Part shown: piece by piece, positions 28,242 through 38,344 of the stretch
Layout of the letters: the number at the start of each line of letters is the position of its first letter
Numbering within the stretch: the stretch's first letter is position 1
NCBI GenBank assembly: GCA_963668315.1
Contig: OY764216.1
Coordinates: 2,464,001 to 2,528,000 of the forward strand
Direction: 5' to 3'
Source of the DNA: Spirochaetia bacterium
Lineage (GTDB): Bacteria; Spirochaetota; Spirochaetia; DSM-2461
Length of the DNA: 64,000 nt
The notes under the pieces: generated by a model
What the model saw: the letters and a program-made list of their open reading frames with translations, nothing else
Told to the model about the DNA's origin: nothing
Database searches by the model: none
Made by a program: the position numbers and the translations under genes

Positions 28242-28673
28242 ATGGAAAATGAATGGAGTCCCCTCTTCTTTCTGATCTTTTTTATTGCGGTCTGGCAGGC
28301 TGCAACGGCCCTCATCTCTTTCACGGGGGGATGGTATTTCCTGGCAAAGCGGTTTGCGGGGAAAAAGAGGGATTTTGAAGAAGTAAAGACATTCCACCTG
28401 CAGTCCATGAAACTGGGACTTCTCACTTCCTACGGATCCTGTCTGAGGGTAGGGATATTCACAGAAGGGATAGAGTTCAGGGTCCTGTTTCTCTTCGCCT
28501 TCCTTCATAAGCCGATCTTTATTCCCTGGGATGACTTCAGAATACGGGGATATTCGGAAAAAATCAGAAAGCGGATGAGATGCGAAGCCGGTGGGAAAAA
28601 GTTGGTGCTCTATGGACGGACTGTTAAATTCCTGAGAGATGAATGGCCTGCGAAGAGGGATGTAAATGATTGA
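28242..28673 (+). CDS. hypothetical membrane protein
   Basis: N-terminal TM, HKPIFIPW motif, overlaps the next gene. Confidence 0.7.
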   Translation: MENEWSPLFFLIFFIAVWQAATALISFTGGWYFLAKRFAGKKRDFEEVKTFHLQSMKLGLLTSYGSCLRVGIFTEGIEFRVLFLFAFLHKPIFIPWDDFRIRGYSEKIRKRMRCEAGGKKLVLYGRTVKFLRDEWPAKRDVND

Positions 28674-29214
28674 AATCAGCACAGAACGTCTTTTCATCAG
28701 GGATCATAAGCCGGAAGACATTCGGGAGTATCATCGTCTCATTTCCGATCCGGAGGTGATGTTCTTTCTTCCCGATCTTTTAAGCACATCCCTACTATTC
28801 TCACAGAAATCTCTGGATGAGGCGATAACTGAGTCTGCTATGGGTAAGGAGAGAACTAAATATTTTTTTGCCATTTTTCTCAAAACGGGAGAATATGTCG
28901 GGGAGATAGGATACACGGTTACTTCAAAGGACCGGGAAAACGGGAAATCGGTTCATCTCGGATATTTCAGCTTAAAGGTGTATTGGGGGAAAGGGATTAT
29001 GTCCGAAGCTGTGAAGGCTGTAGTCGATTATGCCTTTGGCAGAGGCAATGTCGTTAAAGTGGAAACGGGCTGTCTTGCGGGCAATAAGGGGTCTGAGAAG
29101 GTCATGATAAAGGCTGGTTTTATCAGAGAAGCCTATAAAAAGAGTCATCAGTTCCTCGGTGGAAAGTGGATGGATCGCGTTGAGTATGGGTTGGTTTCCC
29201 CTAACCATCGGTAA
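28666..29214 (+). CDS. GNAT N-acetyltransferase (RimJ/RimL type)
   Basis: ISTERLFIR, YWGKGIMSEA, NKGSEKVMIKAGF. Confidence 0.92.
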   Translation: MIEISTERLFIRDHKPEDIREYHRLISDPEVMFFLPDLLSTSLLFSQKSLDEAITESAMGKERTKYFFAIFLKTGEYVGEIGYTVTSKDRENGKSVHLGYFSLKVYWGKGIMSEAVKAVVDYAFGRGNVVKVETGCLAGNKGSEKVMIKAGFIREAYKKSHQFLGGKWMDRVEYGLVSPNHR

Positions 29215-29924
29215 AGAAATTCCTCCCGGGGAAGTATTTCAGCCCCCAGGGCTACTTTATACTCCATATAGGGATGGCCCAGGTTCCAGAAGGCGTACCC
29301 CCGCTTTTCCAGTAAACGGGCCAGAAGGACGAGCTGGAGAGTTCCCCTGTTCCTGTGTTCTCTTTTGCGGGAGGAAAAACCTGTCAGACTGGTGTAGGTC
29401 CTGCCTATGGTGTAACCCAGTTCTCCGGCGACCAGCTCACCCTTCTCATAGAGTTCCGTCGTCTTCAGGGTAAAATTATCCCCCCTCTCTTCGGGGGAGG
29501 CAAGACGGATAAGGAGCTCCTCATAATCGTGATTTATCCAGTTGTCAGAGCCGAACTGATTTTTCACCGCCCCTATGACCTTTCGGGGATCGCCGCTCAG
29601 ACGGAGAGAAAACCCCTGTGCCTCAAGGGAGCCGCGATTAAGGATCTTTCTGACATGACCGGATACGTGCAGGTTATGCCAGTCCAGCAGGGCATAGGAT
29701 TTCTGCATCTCCGGGAGAAGAAGAGATCCGAGGGACTCATGATCCATGGCGACGGAGATGAATCCCCTTTTCGCCAGGTTTCGATAGAATTCCGGGGTCC
29801 AGCAGTCGGACCAGTAATAACTGACATCCATATCTGGATAGATCTTCCTTTCGAGAATGCCCCTTTGTTCCAGTATAGAGGGAGAAATATGGGGGATGGA
29901 TTGTCTTTCCTCTTCGCTGTCCAT
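29148..29924 (-). CDS. leucyl/phenylalanyl-tRNA--protein transferase-like protein
   Basis: LHVSGHVRK, NWI, ELYEKGELVAGELGYTIGRTYTSLTGF. Start 29924 is favoured because TTGACC-17-TATACT ends 2 nt before ATG 29957. Confidence 0.75.
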   Translation of the reverse strand: MDSEEERQSIPHISPSILEQRGILERKIYPDMDVSYYWSDCWTPEFYRNLAKRGFISVAMDHESLGSLLLPEMQKSYALLDWHNLHVSGHVRKILNRGSLEAQGFSLRLSGDPRKVIGAVKNQFGSDNWINHDYEELLIRLASPEERGDNFTLKTTELYEKGELVAGELGYTIGRTYTSLTGFSSRKREHRNRGTLQLVLLARLLEKRGYAFWNLGHPYMEYKVALGAEILPREEFLYRWLGETNPYSTRSIHFPPRN

Positions 29925-30016
29925 GGGCCTCCGCTTCGATAGGAAGTAATAACCCATTCAGTATAGGAAGGCGGACCGTACCGGTCAATAATATTAAGGG
30001 GGCGGCCAGGAATTAA

Positions 30017-30045
30017 TTGCAATGATCTGTTACCTTCCCTATAAT
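30017..30045 (+). promoter_or_regulatory. sigma70 promoter
   Basis: TTGCAA-17 bp-TATAAT, then AAGGAG RBS. Confidence 0.7.
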
Positions 30046-30062
30046 GAGATTAAGGAGAGATC

Positions 30063-32564
30063 ATGGCTGCGTTAGACGAGACGGGAAATTACGATAAACA
30101 GGAAATCCCACGGGAAACTCTTATTTTTCTTCAGGGCAGTTCCGTAAAGAAATTCGTTGTCCTCCATTCGGGCCTGGTGGAAATCCTTTATTGTGATGAT
30201 GTCGAAGAGGGAATGGGTGAATGGGACATCCTTGAAAAAAGTATCCGCATAGGGCTGGTCAAGGGTGAGGCTATTCTGGAAGCGGCTGCTCTGCTGGATG
30301 TGAATGTCCCCTTTTTCTATTCCCTGAGGACCGTGTCGGACTGCATTATCAGTTCCGCTCCGGTCACTTCGGAGGATATGGCCAAACGGGTACAGCGCAA
30401 TATGTCCCTTAATGTAAGAATTATCAAGGATATGCTGACCCAGATTGAATCGGGTATCTACCTCTATAGGAATTACAAGTATCTCTGGCACAAGGTGGCT
30501 TTTATTGCCGATTCCCTGGCCCTTTCCCGGCCGGGGGAGTACGGTCCGGAGGAGATGGGAAGGGATTCCCTGACCGCCCCTCGCATGGGGTCGGGACTTA
30601 ACGAATACAGCGTGACCCTCCACGGGCTGATAAAGAATACGGAAGGCTGTCCCGAGCCTCATGAGTGGGATGCCAATCTTTTCCAGGGGGAGATTCAGGA
30701 TCTCCTCCGTCTTTATGAGGTACACGATTCTTTGCAGGTGGAAGAGCTCTTTGATCATCGCCAGTACCTTTTTATCAAAAGGATCATCGGGAAGGACAGG
30801 AAAATCCTTTCCGCTCTTTTCCACAAGGACGAGCCGCTGAACTTCTATATCTTCGATTTCATCTCACAGGTTCAGAGTAAAGTCCAGGGGGCCGTCGCCG
30901 ACCTTTCCCGGGAGATCTGGCAGCTGATGAATCAGATTTTCGGCGAGGGAGGATGGGTAAGAGAGGTTTATGAGAAAGGGGCTGTCTGTGAATCGGAAAG
31001 CAGTCAGTTCCTCTACTATCTTTATATCTTCAGTTCCCGCTGCCGTAAGGACGGCATGAATCTTCTGGGAAAGGATATTTTTTCCCTCTTTTCCGTTTTT
31101 GATGATCTGAAGAAATTCGTCCATTATAAACCGGTGCTCCACAGTCCGGAACCCGCGGAAGAGTCGGGAGAAAAAGCGGTTTCACCGGGCGACAAGAAAC
31201 TGGGAAAGTACCAGGGGCTTTTGGATAGGATTCTGGAATTTTCCGGTCTTCCCGGAGATTTCCGGGATGAATTCCACTCTGTCATGGACCGTCTGGCCGG
31301 GATGGAGGACCCCCTGGAGGCTTCGGAGGAGGCGTCCCTTCTCAGGGAAAGGGTGAACGGATTATACTGGCGGCTTTACGAATGCTGCTTTCTCAAGGTC
31401 ATCGACTCCGATTTGAAGGGATTCGTGCCGGGTATCATGCTACATATGGGAGTGGTGGATGAACGCTTCCTCTCCCGGGAGGAGCTGACCGCCGTTGACC
31501 GGCTCTATGCCTCCAATCTCTACTCCCATGACCCCGTTCCCGTCCTGACCTTTCCCTATTTTCTGGAGAAGATCTATAATTCTCCCCTCAAGCCTTCCCT
31601 GACGGAAATGGGAGAATCCTTTGCAGAAATTCTCAAGCGGCAGGAAAAGCTGACGCCCCGGGAGAAAAAAAGTGTCGAGTACTTTTACAAAGACACACCG
31701 GAGGACAGGATCCACTATGAAATAAGCAGAATCTCCGGGGATCTCGCCGGTCTGCTTTCGGGAAATAAAAAACGGTTTCTTCCCTTTCTTAACAGCGCCG
31801 CCGTTGAAGGAAAGCTTGAGAGGCTTTTCCTTGCTCCCGATGAGGGGGCCGAACTGATCGGCAATTACCGGCAGAGGGATTACACCATGTTCTACAGGGA
31901 GATGCTCATCACCCATGATCAGGGCCGGGATATCATACAGTGTGAGGTCTTTCCCTTTTTTGTCCTCTATCCCCTTTTCGGGAACCGGGCCGTCATGTGG
32001 CAGGAGATGGACGGGAACAGAAAAAACACCCCCGGGCGTTTATTCCTTCCCCTTTTCTATTCGGGAAAGAAGGAGGAGACCCTGCTGAACCTGCTGGGCG
32101 AGTACCGGTGGGAACTGCAGAAGAGCATCGCCGGATTTAACTGGACCGATCCCGTGGAGGGGGGAGTGGTGGGTTCCTACTATGACTACATACAGTTCTA
32201 TAAGAAAAATCCCCAGATCACACCGGAAGCGAGGAAACGGCTGGAGGAGTTTATCCGCCGGACGAAATCCGACAAGGACCGGTTCTCCCAGGATTATGCC
32301 AGCTGGCTGACCCATGAATTTGAAGGGCGGGTTAAACTGAATCCCTACGTCCGGGGAATCTTCTACCGCTACTGTCCCTATCCGAAGGAGATAAGAACCG
32401 AGATGGCGGTCAAGCCCCTTTACGCCGAACTGGAGATGAAATTCCAGAATCGAAGGCAGAAGGAAATCCTGCGGGTCAAATCCAAGATGAAGAAGATGGA
32501 GCCCAAAATCCCCCGGGAGCTAAAGGACTATTATGAAATTTATCTGGAAGAAAAAGAATCCTGA
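30063..32564 (+). CDS. large soluble protein with N-terminal degenerate cyclic-nucleotide-binding domain
   Basis: LIFLQG...FVVLHSGLVEI...GE...SLRTVSDC cNMP fold, then about 700 aa unassigned. Confidence 0.8.
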   Translation: MAALDETGNYDKQEIPRETLIFLQGSSVKKFVVLHSGLVEILYCDDVEEGMGEWDILEKSIRIGLVKGEAILEAAALLDVNVPFFYSLRTVSDCIISSAPVTSEDMAKRVQRNMSLNVRIIKDMLTQIESGIYLYRNYKYLWHKVAFIADSLALSRPGEYGPEEMGRDSLTAPRMGSGLNEYSVTLHGLIKNTEGCPEPHEWDANLFQGEIQDLLRLYEVHDSLQVEELFDHRQYLFIKRIIGKDRKILSALFHKDEPLNFYIFDFISQVQSKVQGAVADLSREIWQLMNQIFGEGGWVREVYEKGAVCESESSQFLYYLYIFSSRCRKDGMNLLGKDIFSLFSVFDDLKKFVHYKPVLHSPEPAEESGEKAVSPGDKKLGKYQGLLDRILEFSGLPGDFRDEFHSVMDRLAGMEDPLEASEEASLLRERVNGLYWRLYECCFLKVIDSDLKGFVPGIMLHMGVVDERFLSREELTAVDRLYASNLYSHDPVPVLTFPYFLEKIYNSPLKPSLTEMGESFAEILKRQEKLTPREKKSVEYFYKDTPEDRIHYEISRISGDLAGLLSGNKKRFLPFLNSAAVEGKLERLFLAPDEGAELIGNYRQRDYTMFYREMLITHDQGRDIIQCEVFPFFVLYPLFGNRAVMWQEMDGNRKNTPGRLFLPLFYSGKKEETLLNLLGEYRWELQKSIAGFNWTDPVEGGVVGSYYDYIQFYKKNPQITPEARKRLEEFIRRTKSDKDRFSQDYASWLTHEFEGRVKLNPYVRGIFYRYCPYPKEIRTEMAVKPLYAELEMKFQNRRQKEILRVKSKMKKMEPKIPRELKDYYEIYLEEKES

Positions 32565-32571
32565 TCTCTTC

Positions 32572-33621
32572 CTATAGCACGGTGTACTGAATGATCACGT
32601 AGATCAGGTAGAGCAGCAGGAGCCAGGCTCCCTGCCATCGGGGGAAGATCTTACCCTTGTTTCCCGTTATAAACAGCCGGAAGGACCAGAGTACGACGAG
32701 CATCATGGGAAAGTGGATCAGGTAAAAGTTCGGCGGTACCGCCAGAGGGCGGGCCGTGGCGGCCGCACCGATGACGAAGAGGCAGTTCAGAACGTCCGCA
32801 CCGACGACATTTCCCACGGTTATTTCGGGATGCCCCTTGCGTACGGCGGTAATGGCCGTCATAAGTTCCGGAAGGGAGGTGCCGAAGGCGACCATCGTGG
32901 CGGCGATAACATCCTGGGGAACGCCCATGCGCAGAGCCAGCTCGCTGGCGGCGGGAATCAGAAGACGGGCTCCGGTAATCACCATAATAATTCCGCCCAC
33001 GATCATGACCCAGCAGAGCCACATGGGGGCGTCCGTCTCATGGGCGGCCATATCGGTTCCCATCTCCTCCTCCGAATGGTTCCGGGACCAGCGCATATTC
33101 ATATACATGTACACGCCAAGGAGAATGAGAAGCCCAATCCCCATGGGACGGCCGATGAAGCGCCTTTCCGCCGGCAGCAGCAGGAGAAAGGCCGATGAAA
33201 CGGCGAGAAGTGTGGCGGAGCCCACCTGCCACCAGCCGTTGCGGTTGAGGATATAGCGGTTCAGAGGGACCGATGAGATGAGGGCGGTCAGGCCGAAGAT
33301 CAGCCCCGTATCGGCAATGATGGAACCCACCCCGTTTCCCAGGGCCAGGCCGGGATCGCCCTGGAAGGCGGCCAGAACGGAAACGAAGGCCTCGGGCATG
33401 GTCGTTCCCAGGGAGACGATCGTCGCCCCTATGACGACTTTGGGAAGACCGGTCCTCTCGGCCAGATCCACCACGCCGTCGATCATGAAGTCCGCTCCCT
33501 TGGAAAGGAGAAACACTCCCGCCGCGATGATGAGCAGAAGGGTCCAGGTGGGGAAGGCGGTTATCAGCTCCGTCAGAAGTTCTTCATCGGTAAAATACTG
33601 CCAGATTGGGTGGTGTGTCAT
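32572..33621 (-). CDS. Ca2+/Na+ (CaCA, YrbG-like) antiporter
   Basis: Alpha repeats SLGTTMPE...GNGVGS and AFGTSLPE...GNVVGA. Confidence 0.92.
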   Translation of the reverse strand: MTHHPIWQYFTDEELLTELITAFPTWTLLLIIAAGVFLLSKGADFMIDGVVDLAERTGLPKVVIGATIVSLGTTMPEAFVSVLAAFQGDPGLALGNGVGSIIADTGLIFGLTALISSVPLNRYILNRNGWWQVGSATLLAVSSAFLLLLPAERRFIGRPMGIGLLILLGVYMYMNMRWSRNHSEEEMGTDMAAHETDAPMWLCWVMIVGGIIMVITGARLLIPAASELALRMGVPQDVIAATMVAFGTSLPELMTAITAVRKGHPEITVGNVVGADVLNCLFVIGAAATARPLAVPPNFYLIHFPMMLVVLWSFRLFITGNKGKIFPRWQGAWLLLLYLIYVIIQYTVL

Positions 33622-33630
33622 TTCTCTTCC

Positions 33631-35328
33631 TTATTCGGTGCCCGCCCCTTCCGTGAAGGAGTAGTAAAACCCGCGGCTCCAGGGGCCGGGCCCGTTCTCG
33701 TTTACCGCCCTAATTTTATAGATGTTTCTTTCCCGGTTCAAGGGATGGAGGTCGATAAATTCATTGCTGTTCAGCTGGGAGGCCGCGAAGGACCACTTTT
33801 CTTCCAGAGGGGCCTTTTTGAGGACCTGATAGTAATTGACGTTATCTATTTCGTTCCACCGGATTTTGATGATATCCTCTCCCTCCACTTCGGAGAAGGC
33901 CACTTCGTCAATGCGGGGGAGGGTTTTCTGTTTGTCCCCGCCGGGAGTCTGTTCGTCCGTATCAGCCGGGAGGCTTCCCTTCGGCTGCTTGTTATGGCCG
34001 GCCTCTGCCTTGGCTTCGTTTTCAAGCCGGCGCCTCTCGGCTTCCTTTTCCATGGTCAGGGCGATTGCGGGGTAGCGGGTCAGAATGGAATCCACCATGT
34101 CCTTTGTCAGCATATAGAGGTCGCAGTACTCCACCGCTTTGACCGTGGCCGTCCGGGGGGTACTCAAAAGCAGGGCCATTTCCCCTATGAAGGCGCCGGC
34201 GGTGAGGGTCGCAAGGGTGATGGATTCATCGGCGGAGAGAATCTCCACCCTGCCCGAGGAGATGAAATACATTTCGTAACCCATTTCCCCCGCTTCCATG
34301 ATGTAGTCCCCCGGGGTGAAGATAACCGGTTCCAGATTCAGGATGACCTCCTTGAGAAAGGAATCGGGGGCATGCTCGAAAAGAGGGACCTTCTGGATGA
34401 GTTCCTTGTTCATCTGGAGGGTGATCTGCGTCTTGAGGGAGAGGGGAAGCTCCTCTATGACGGCCGTTTCATTATATCCGCGGCGGCTCTCCCATAAATA
34501 GTCGTAATAGTTATTCACCCGCCTCTGCAGGGGAGCGGGAATGTTTTTGTATTTAAGAAAGGTATTGATTCTCTCCACCTTCTCCTTATGGGATGTTTTG
34601 GCAATATCCATGTTGGCGATAAGGTTGGATATGTTACCGATGATGAAACCGTACATACCGGCTCCCAGGAGCTGGGTGATGATCGTGAAGATGACCTGGG
34701 AGCGGATGGCCAGGTCGGGGGAGATATCGCCGTAGCCGATGGTGGTCAGGGTGGTAATGGTCCAGTAGAAGGCCTGGAGGTAGGTGTCCCCGTTGCTCTG
34801 GCCCGGTTCAATGCCTCCCAGGGCCACCCATCCGCAGGCCACCAGGTGGGAGGCCACGAAGATCCAGAATACCATGAGGATCATGCGTATGACGCTGGGG
34901 TTGATGCCGCTGTTCACTTCGTTCAGCCGCCGGAGGGTGCGGTTCGTGGTGAACAGTTTGAAAAGACGGGTCAGCCGGAAGAGGCGGAACAGCCGGGACA
35001 GCAACAGACCGGAAATCCCGGAGAAAACGAGAGAGAAGGGGAGGGTCGCTATCAGATCCCAGAAAAACCATCCCCTTACGTACCGCCGGGCGATCAGTTT
35101 CCCGTCGGTTATCAGATGCCTCTTTTCCTCATAGGCCGTATGGAAATTCAGATAGATATCTACGGAGAAAAAGATGGTCACGAGGATATCGAATATGACC
35201 ATGGCCGCCGAATCGCCCCGGTTGAACACGACCGACAGGGGCAGGATAAACGTACAGAGCACGGTCAGGAGGAGAATGAACAGTTCCCAGAAAATCTTTT
35301 TTTCCGAATCGGGATTAATCGTTTTCAT
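33631..35328 (-). CDS. cyclic-nucleotide-gated K+ channel (SthK-like) with C-terminal FN3-like extension
   Basis: S4 RLFRLFRLTRLFK, TTIGYGD filter, C-linker, CNBD GEMALL...RTATV, tail IRW...YYQV...YKIRAVNENGPGPWS. Confidence 0.92.
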   Translation of the reverse strand: MKTINPDSEKKIFWELFILLLTVLCTFILPLSVVFNRGDSAAMVIFDILVTIFFSVDIYLNFHTAYEEKRHLITDGKLIARRYVRGWFFWDLIATLPFSLVFSGISGLLLSRLFRLFRLTRLFKLFTTNRTLRRLNEVNSGINPSVIRMILMVFWIFVASHLVACGWVALGGIEPGQSNGDTYLQAFYWTITTLTTIGYGDISPDLAIRSQVIFTIITQLLGAGMYGFIIGNISNLIANMDIAKTSHKEKVERINTFLKYKNIPAPLQRRVNNYYDYLWESRRGYNETAVIEELPLSLKTQITLQMNKELIQKVPLFEHAPDSFLKEVILNLEPVIFTPGDYIMEAGEMGYEMYFISSGRVEILSADESITLATLTAGAFIGEMALLLSTPRTATVKAVEYCDLYMLTKDMVDSILTRYPAIALTMEKEAERRRLENEAKAEAGHNKQPKGSLPADTDEQTPGGDKQKTLPRIDEVAFSEVEGEDIIKIRWNEIDNVNYYQVLKKAPLEEKWSFAASQLNSNEFIDLHPLNRERNIYKIRAVNENGPGPWSRGFYYSFTEGAGTE

Positions 35329-35380
35329 AGTTAGTATTATCGATAACTATGGGGTATTTATTAAGAAGAAACGGGAAATC

Positions 35381-36310
35381 TCAGTTCCCTTCGGGAAGGG
35401 GTGCGGCATTCTGGTAGCGGATTCTGGGAAGAGACCCGGGATACTCCCTCTGAAGGAAGGCGATAAGCTTTTCCCTGACGAGAACCCGCAGGTCCCAGGC
35501 GGCGGGAGAGTTCCTGGCGCTGACGAGGATCCGCAGCTCCATGGATTTCTCCGTGGAGTCCGTCACCTGAAGAACGCAGTCCTTCCCGTCCCAGAGGGGG
35601 GTTCCCTCGACAATACTCCTGAGCTCCCGGCGCAGTTCCTCAAGGGGGACTGTATAATCCACATAGAGAAATACCGATCCCAGCAGTTCCGCGTTGTTCC
35701 TCGTCCAGTTCTGAAAGGGGTTCTCAAGAAAATAGTTGGAAGGCAGGATGAGACGTCTCTTGTCCCAGATCCGGACGACCACATAGGTGAGATTGATCTC
35801 TTCAATCCAGCCCCATTCCCCCTCCACCACCACGGCGTCGTCCAGGCGGAAGGGCTGCGTGAAGGCGATCTGTATTCCGGCGAGAAAGGCTCCCACCACC
35901 TTCTGGGCGGATAATCCCAGGATGATTCCCGCCAGTCCGGCTGAAGCGAAAAGGCCTACCCCGATCTGTCTGAGGCTGTCGAAGCTTAATAGAATCATGC
36001 CCATGGTAAGGAGGAAGACAACAAAATTGATCACCTTCTCCATCAGTTTTATCTGGGTATGAACCTTCCGGGATTTCAGGTTGTCCTCCCGGTCCATACT
36101 GAACCGGCTCAAGAGAAGAGCGTCGAAGGAGTGAACCAGAACGAGAATGGCCCAGGCCACGCTGAGGAGGACGAGTATCTGGGTTATCTTTTCCACAGCC
36201 GCCTCGCCGCCTGCGCTGAAAGAGAAGAATCCGATAAGCCAGGGCCTCAGGATAATCAGGATGATGCTGCATGCGAGGGGTGGCACAATCTTCAGAGCGT
36301 TTTTGACCAT
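35381..36310 (-). CDS. mscS: small-conductance mechanosensitive channel
   Basis: SAGLAGIILGLSAQ, QPFRLDD, GWIEEI, FQNWTR. Confidence 0.9.
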   Translation of the reverse strand: MVKNALKIVPPLACSIILIILRPWLIGFFSFSAGGEAAVEKITQILVLLSVAWAILVLVHSFDALLLSRFSMDREDNLKSRKVHTQIKLMEKVINFVVFLLTMGMILLSFDSLRQIGVGLFASAGLAGIILGLSAQKVVGAFLAGIQIAFTQPFRLDDAVVVEGEWGWIEEINLTYVVVRIWDKRRLILPSNYFLENPFQNWTRNNAELLGSVFLYVDYTVPLEELRRELRSIVEGTPLWDGKDCVLQVTDSTEKSMELRILVSARNSPAAWDLRVLVREKLIAFLQREYPGSLPRIRYQNAAPLPEGN

Positions 36311-36434
36311 GGGGAATTATAGCCTTTTCCGCCGATTCCATAAAGGGGCGGATGAAGCGCCGGGAAGCGGGATACCGTTGCTCAAGTGGGAAAAGGAGAT
36401 TATGATAGGGAAAAGCTTGTTTCAGGAGATAGGA

Positions 36435-37541
36435 ATGTCCGATTTAAAGAAAACTCCCTTGAATGGCCTGCATCGGGAAGCGGGAGCAAAAATGATAGAT
36501 TTTGGCGGATGGGATATGCCCGTCCAGTATTCAGGCCTGGTCGAGGAACATAACGCCGTCCGGGAGAAGGCTGGTCTATTTGATGTTTCCCATATGGGCG
36601 AGTGCCGCATTACCGGACCTGAAAGCGGGAAGGCTGTGAACTATCTCATTACCAATGATTCCTCATCCATGGAGGACGGGCAGATCCTATATTCCCCCAT
36701 GTGCAATGAAAAGGGCGGCACCGTGGACGATCTGATCGTCTACCGCTTCGGAGCGGAGGATTTTCTCCTGATTATCAATGCCTCCAATACGGATAAGGAT
36801 GTCGCCTGGATCACGGACCATACGGCCGGTTTTGAGGTGACCGTGACGAATGAATCATCCCGATGGGGACAATTGGCCCTACAGGGACCGGAAGCCCAGC
36901 TCATCCTGGCCGGTCTCGTCGATTTTGATCCTTCGGAAATCGGCTTCTTCCATTTCGTTCAGACCGGTCTGAACGGCTGTGATGCGGTCATTTCCCGGTC
37001 CGGATATACCGGCGAGGACGGCTTTGAGATCTACTGTCCCGCCGAATCCACCGCCGGATTATGGACTCTCCTGATGGAGGCCGGCTCCACACGGGGGCTC
37101 CTCCCCTGCGGTCTGGGGGCCCGGGACACCCTGCGCTTCGAGGCGGCTCTTCCTTTGTACGGTAACGAACTGGGCGACGATATCTCCCCGCTGGAAGCGG
37201 GACTGGGAATCTTCGTCAAACTTGAGGGGGACGATTTTATCGGAAAAGACGCCCTGGCAAGGCAGAAAACCGAAGGTCTCAAGAGAAAGATTGTCGGCTT
37301 TGAGATGACCGGCAAGGGCATTCCCCGTCACGGTTATCCCGTTTTTGACTCGGACGAGAGGGAGATCGGTGTGGTTACTACCGGCTATGCGGCGCCCACG
37401 GTAGGGAAGACCGTGGGACTGGCCCTGATCGATATCTCATCAGCCGCTCAGGGATCGGAAATCCTGATCGGAATTCGAAAGAAGCGGGTTTCCGCTGTGG
37501 TTTGTAAGAAGCGGTTCTACACGAAGAAGTATAAGAAGTAG
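36435..37541 (+). CDS. gcvT: glycine cleavage system aminomethyltransferase T
   Basis: [43 protein letters not shown]; start re-called at MSDLK. Confidence 0.97.
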   Translation: MSDLKKTPLNGLHREAGAKMIDFGGWDMPVQYSGLVEEHNAVREKAGLFDVSHMGECRITGPESGKAVNYLITNDSSSMEDGQILYSPMCNEKGGTVDDLIVYRFGAEDFLLIINASNTDKDVAWITDHTAGFEVTVTNESSRWGQLALQGPEAQLILAGLVDFDPSEIGFFHFVQTGLNGCDAVISRSGYTGEDGFEIYCPAESTAGLWTLLMEAGSTRGLLPCGLGARDTLRFEAALPLYGNELGDDISPLEAGLGIFVKLEGDDFIGKDALARQKTEGLKRKIVGFEMTGKGIPRHGYPVFDSDEREIGVVTTGYAAPTVGKTVGLALIDISSAAQGSEILIGIRKKRVSAVVCKKRFYTKKYKK

Positions 37542-37577
37542 AAAGACGAAGGGGCCAAGCCGGAGGAGAGGGAAGGA

Positions 37578-38225
37578 GTGATAAAAGCTGTCCTATGGGA
37601 TATTGATGGAGTTCTTATCAGGCAGGATACCTATTTTGATGCTAAGCTTGAAGAAGAAAATTATACAAATCCCACGGAAATTTTAAGAGGATTTAGAACA
37701 ACCGATATCAATCTCAAATGTGATCAGGGAGTATTGGATCCCCTGGAGGAGATCATCCCCTTCCTGGGCAGGATCGGATGGACCAGATCAAATAAAGAAT
37801 ATTTCAATGCTCAGTATGAGTTTGAAAGTAATTATATTGATTATTCACTGATCGAAGAGATTCAAAATCTGAGAGAGAAAGGTTACAAATGCTTTATCGC
37901 CTCTAACCAGAATTATTATAGAAAAGATTTTTTACTTTCCCGGTTGAATATTCAAGATAATTTCGACGGGTTCTTTTTTTCCTATGATGCGAAAGCTCTG
38001 AAAACCGAATCCAGATATTGGGATATTCTAATTAAGGATATTCAGCAGCAGGAGAATATCCGCCCTGAAGATATGCTTTTTCTGGATGATATGAGGATAA
38101 ATCTGGATAAAGCGTCTCATTTCGGTATTCATACTTGGGAAATAAAGTCATCCGCTGATATAAATTACTGTGTGGAAAAATTATTAACTCAAAAAGAGAT
38201 GTCCCCTGCCGGTTGGTTTGATTGA
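37578..38225 (+). CDS. HAD-superfamily hydrolase
   Basis: WDIDGVL motif I, ASN motif II, FLDD motif IV; AT-rich. Confidence 0.85.
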   Translation: MIKAVLWDIDGVLIRQDTYFDAKLEEENYTNPTEILRGFRTTDINLKCDQGVLDPLEEIIPFLGRIGWTRSNKEYFNAQYEFESNYIDYSLIEEIQNLREKGYKCFIASNQNYYRKDFLLSRLNIQDNFDGFFFSYDAKALKTESRYWDILIKDIQQQENIRPEDMLFLDDMRINLDKASHFGIHTWEIKSSADINYCVEKLLTQKEMSPAGWFD

Positions 38226-38315
38226 TCTGAATGATAATGGCTGTAAATCTCCATCCGGTAGGAAATAAGCAGATGGGGATTTTAAGGGGAAAACAATATA
38301 ATTCCATCCGACGTT

Positions 38316-38344
38316 TCTCCATCATATTTCATGATGGAGATTTC
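38316..38344. terminator. hairpin between convergent genes
   Basis: TCTCCATCAT-ATTTC-ATGATGGAGA-TTT. Confidence 0.5.

Noticed and set aside
36311..36434. Possible glycine riboswitch upstream of gcvT (also checked before gcvH)
   Set aside because: No GGAGA...CCGAAG...CTCAGG aptamer pattern; the promoter lies close to the start.
36147..36434. N-terminal extension of GcvT in the ORF track
   Set aside because: Overlaps mscS on the other strand; RBS and homology start at 36435.
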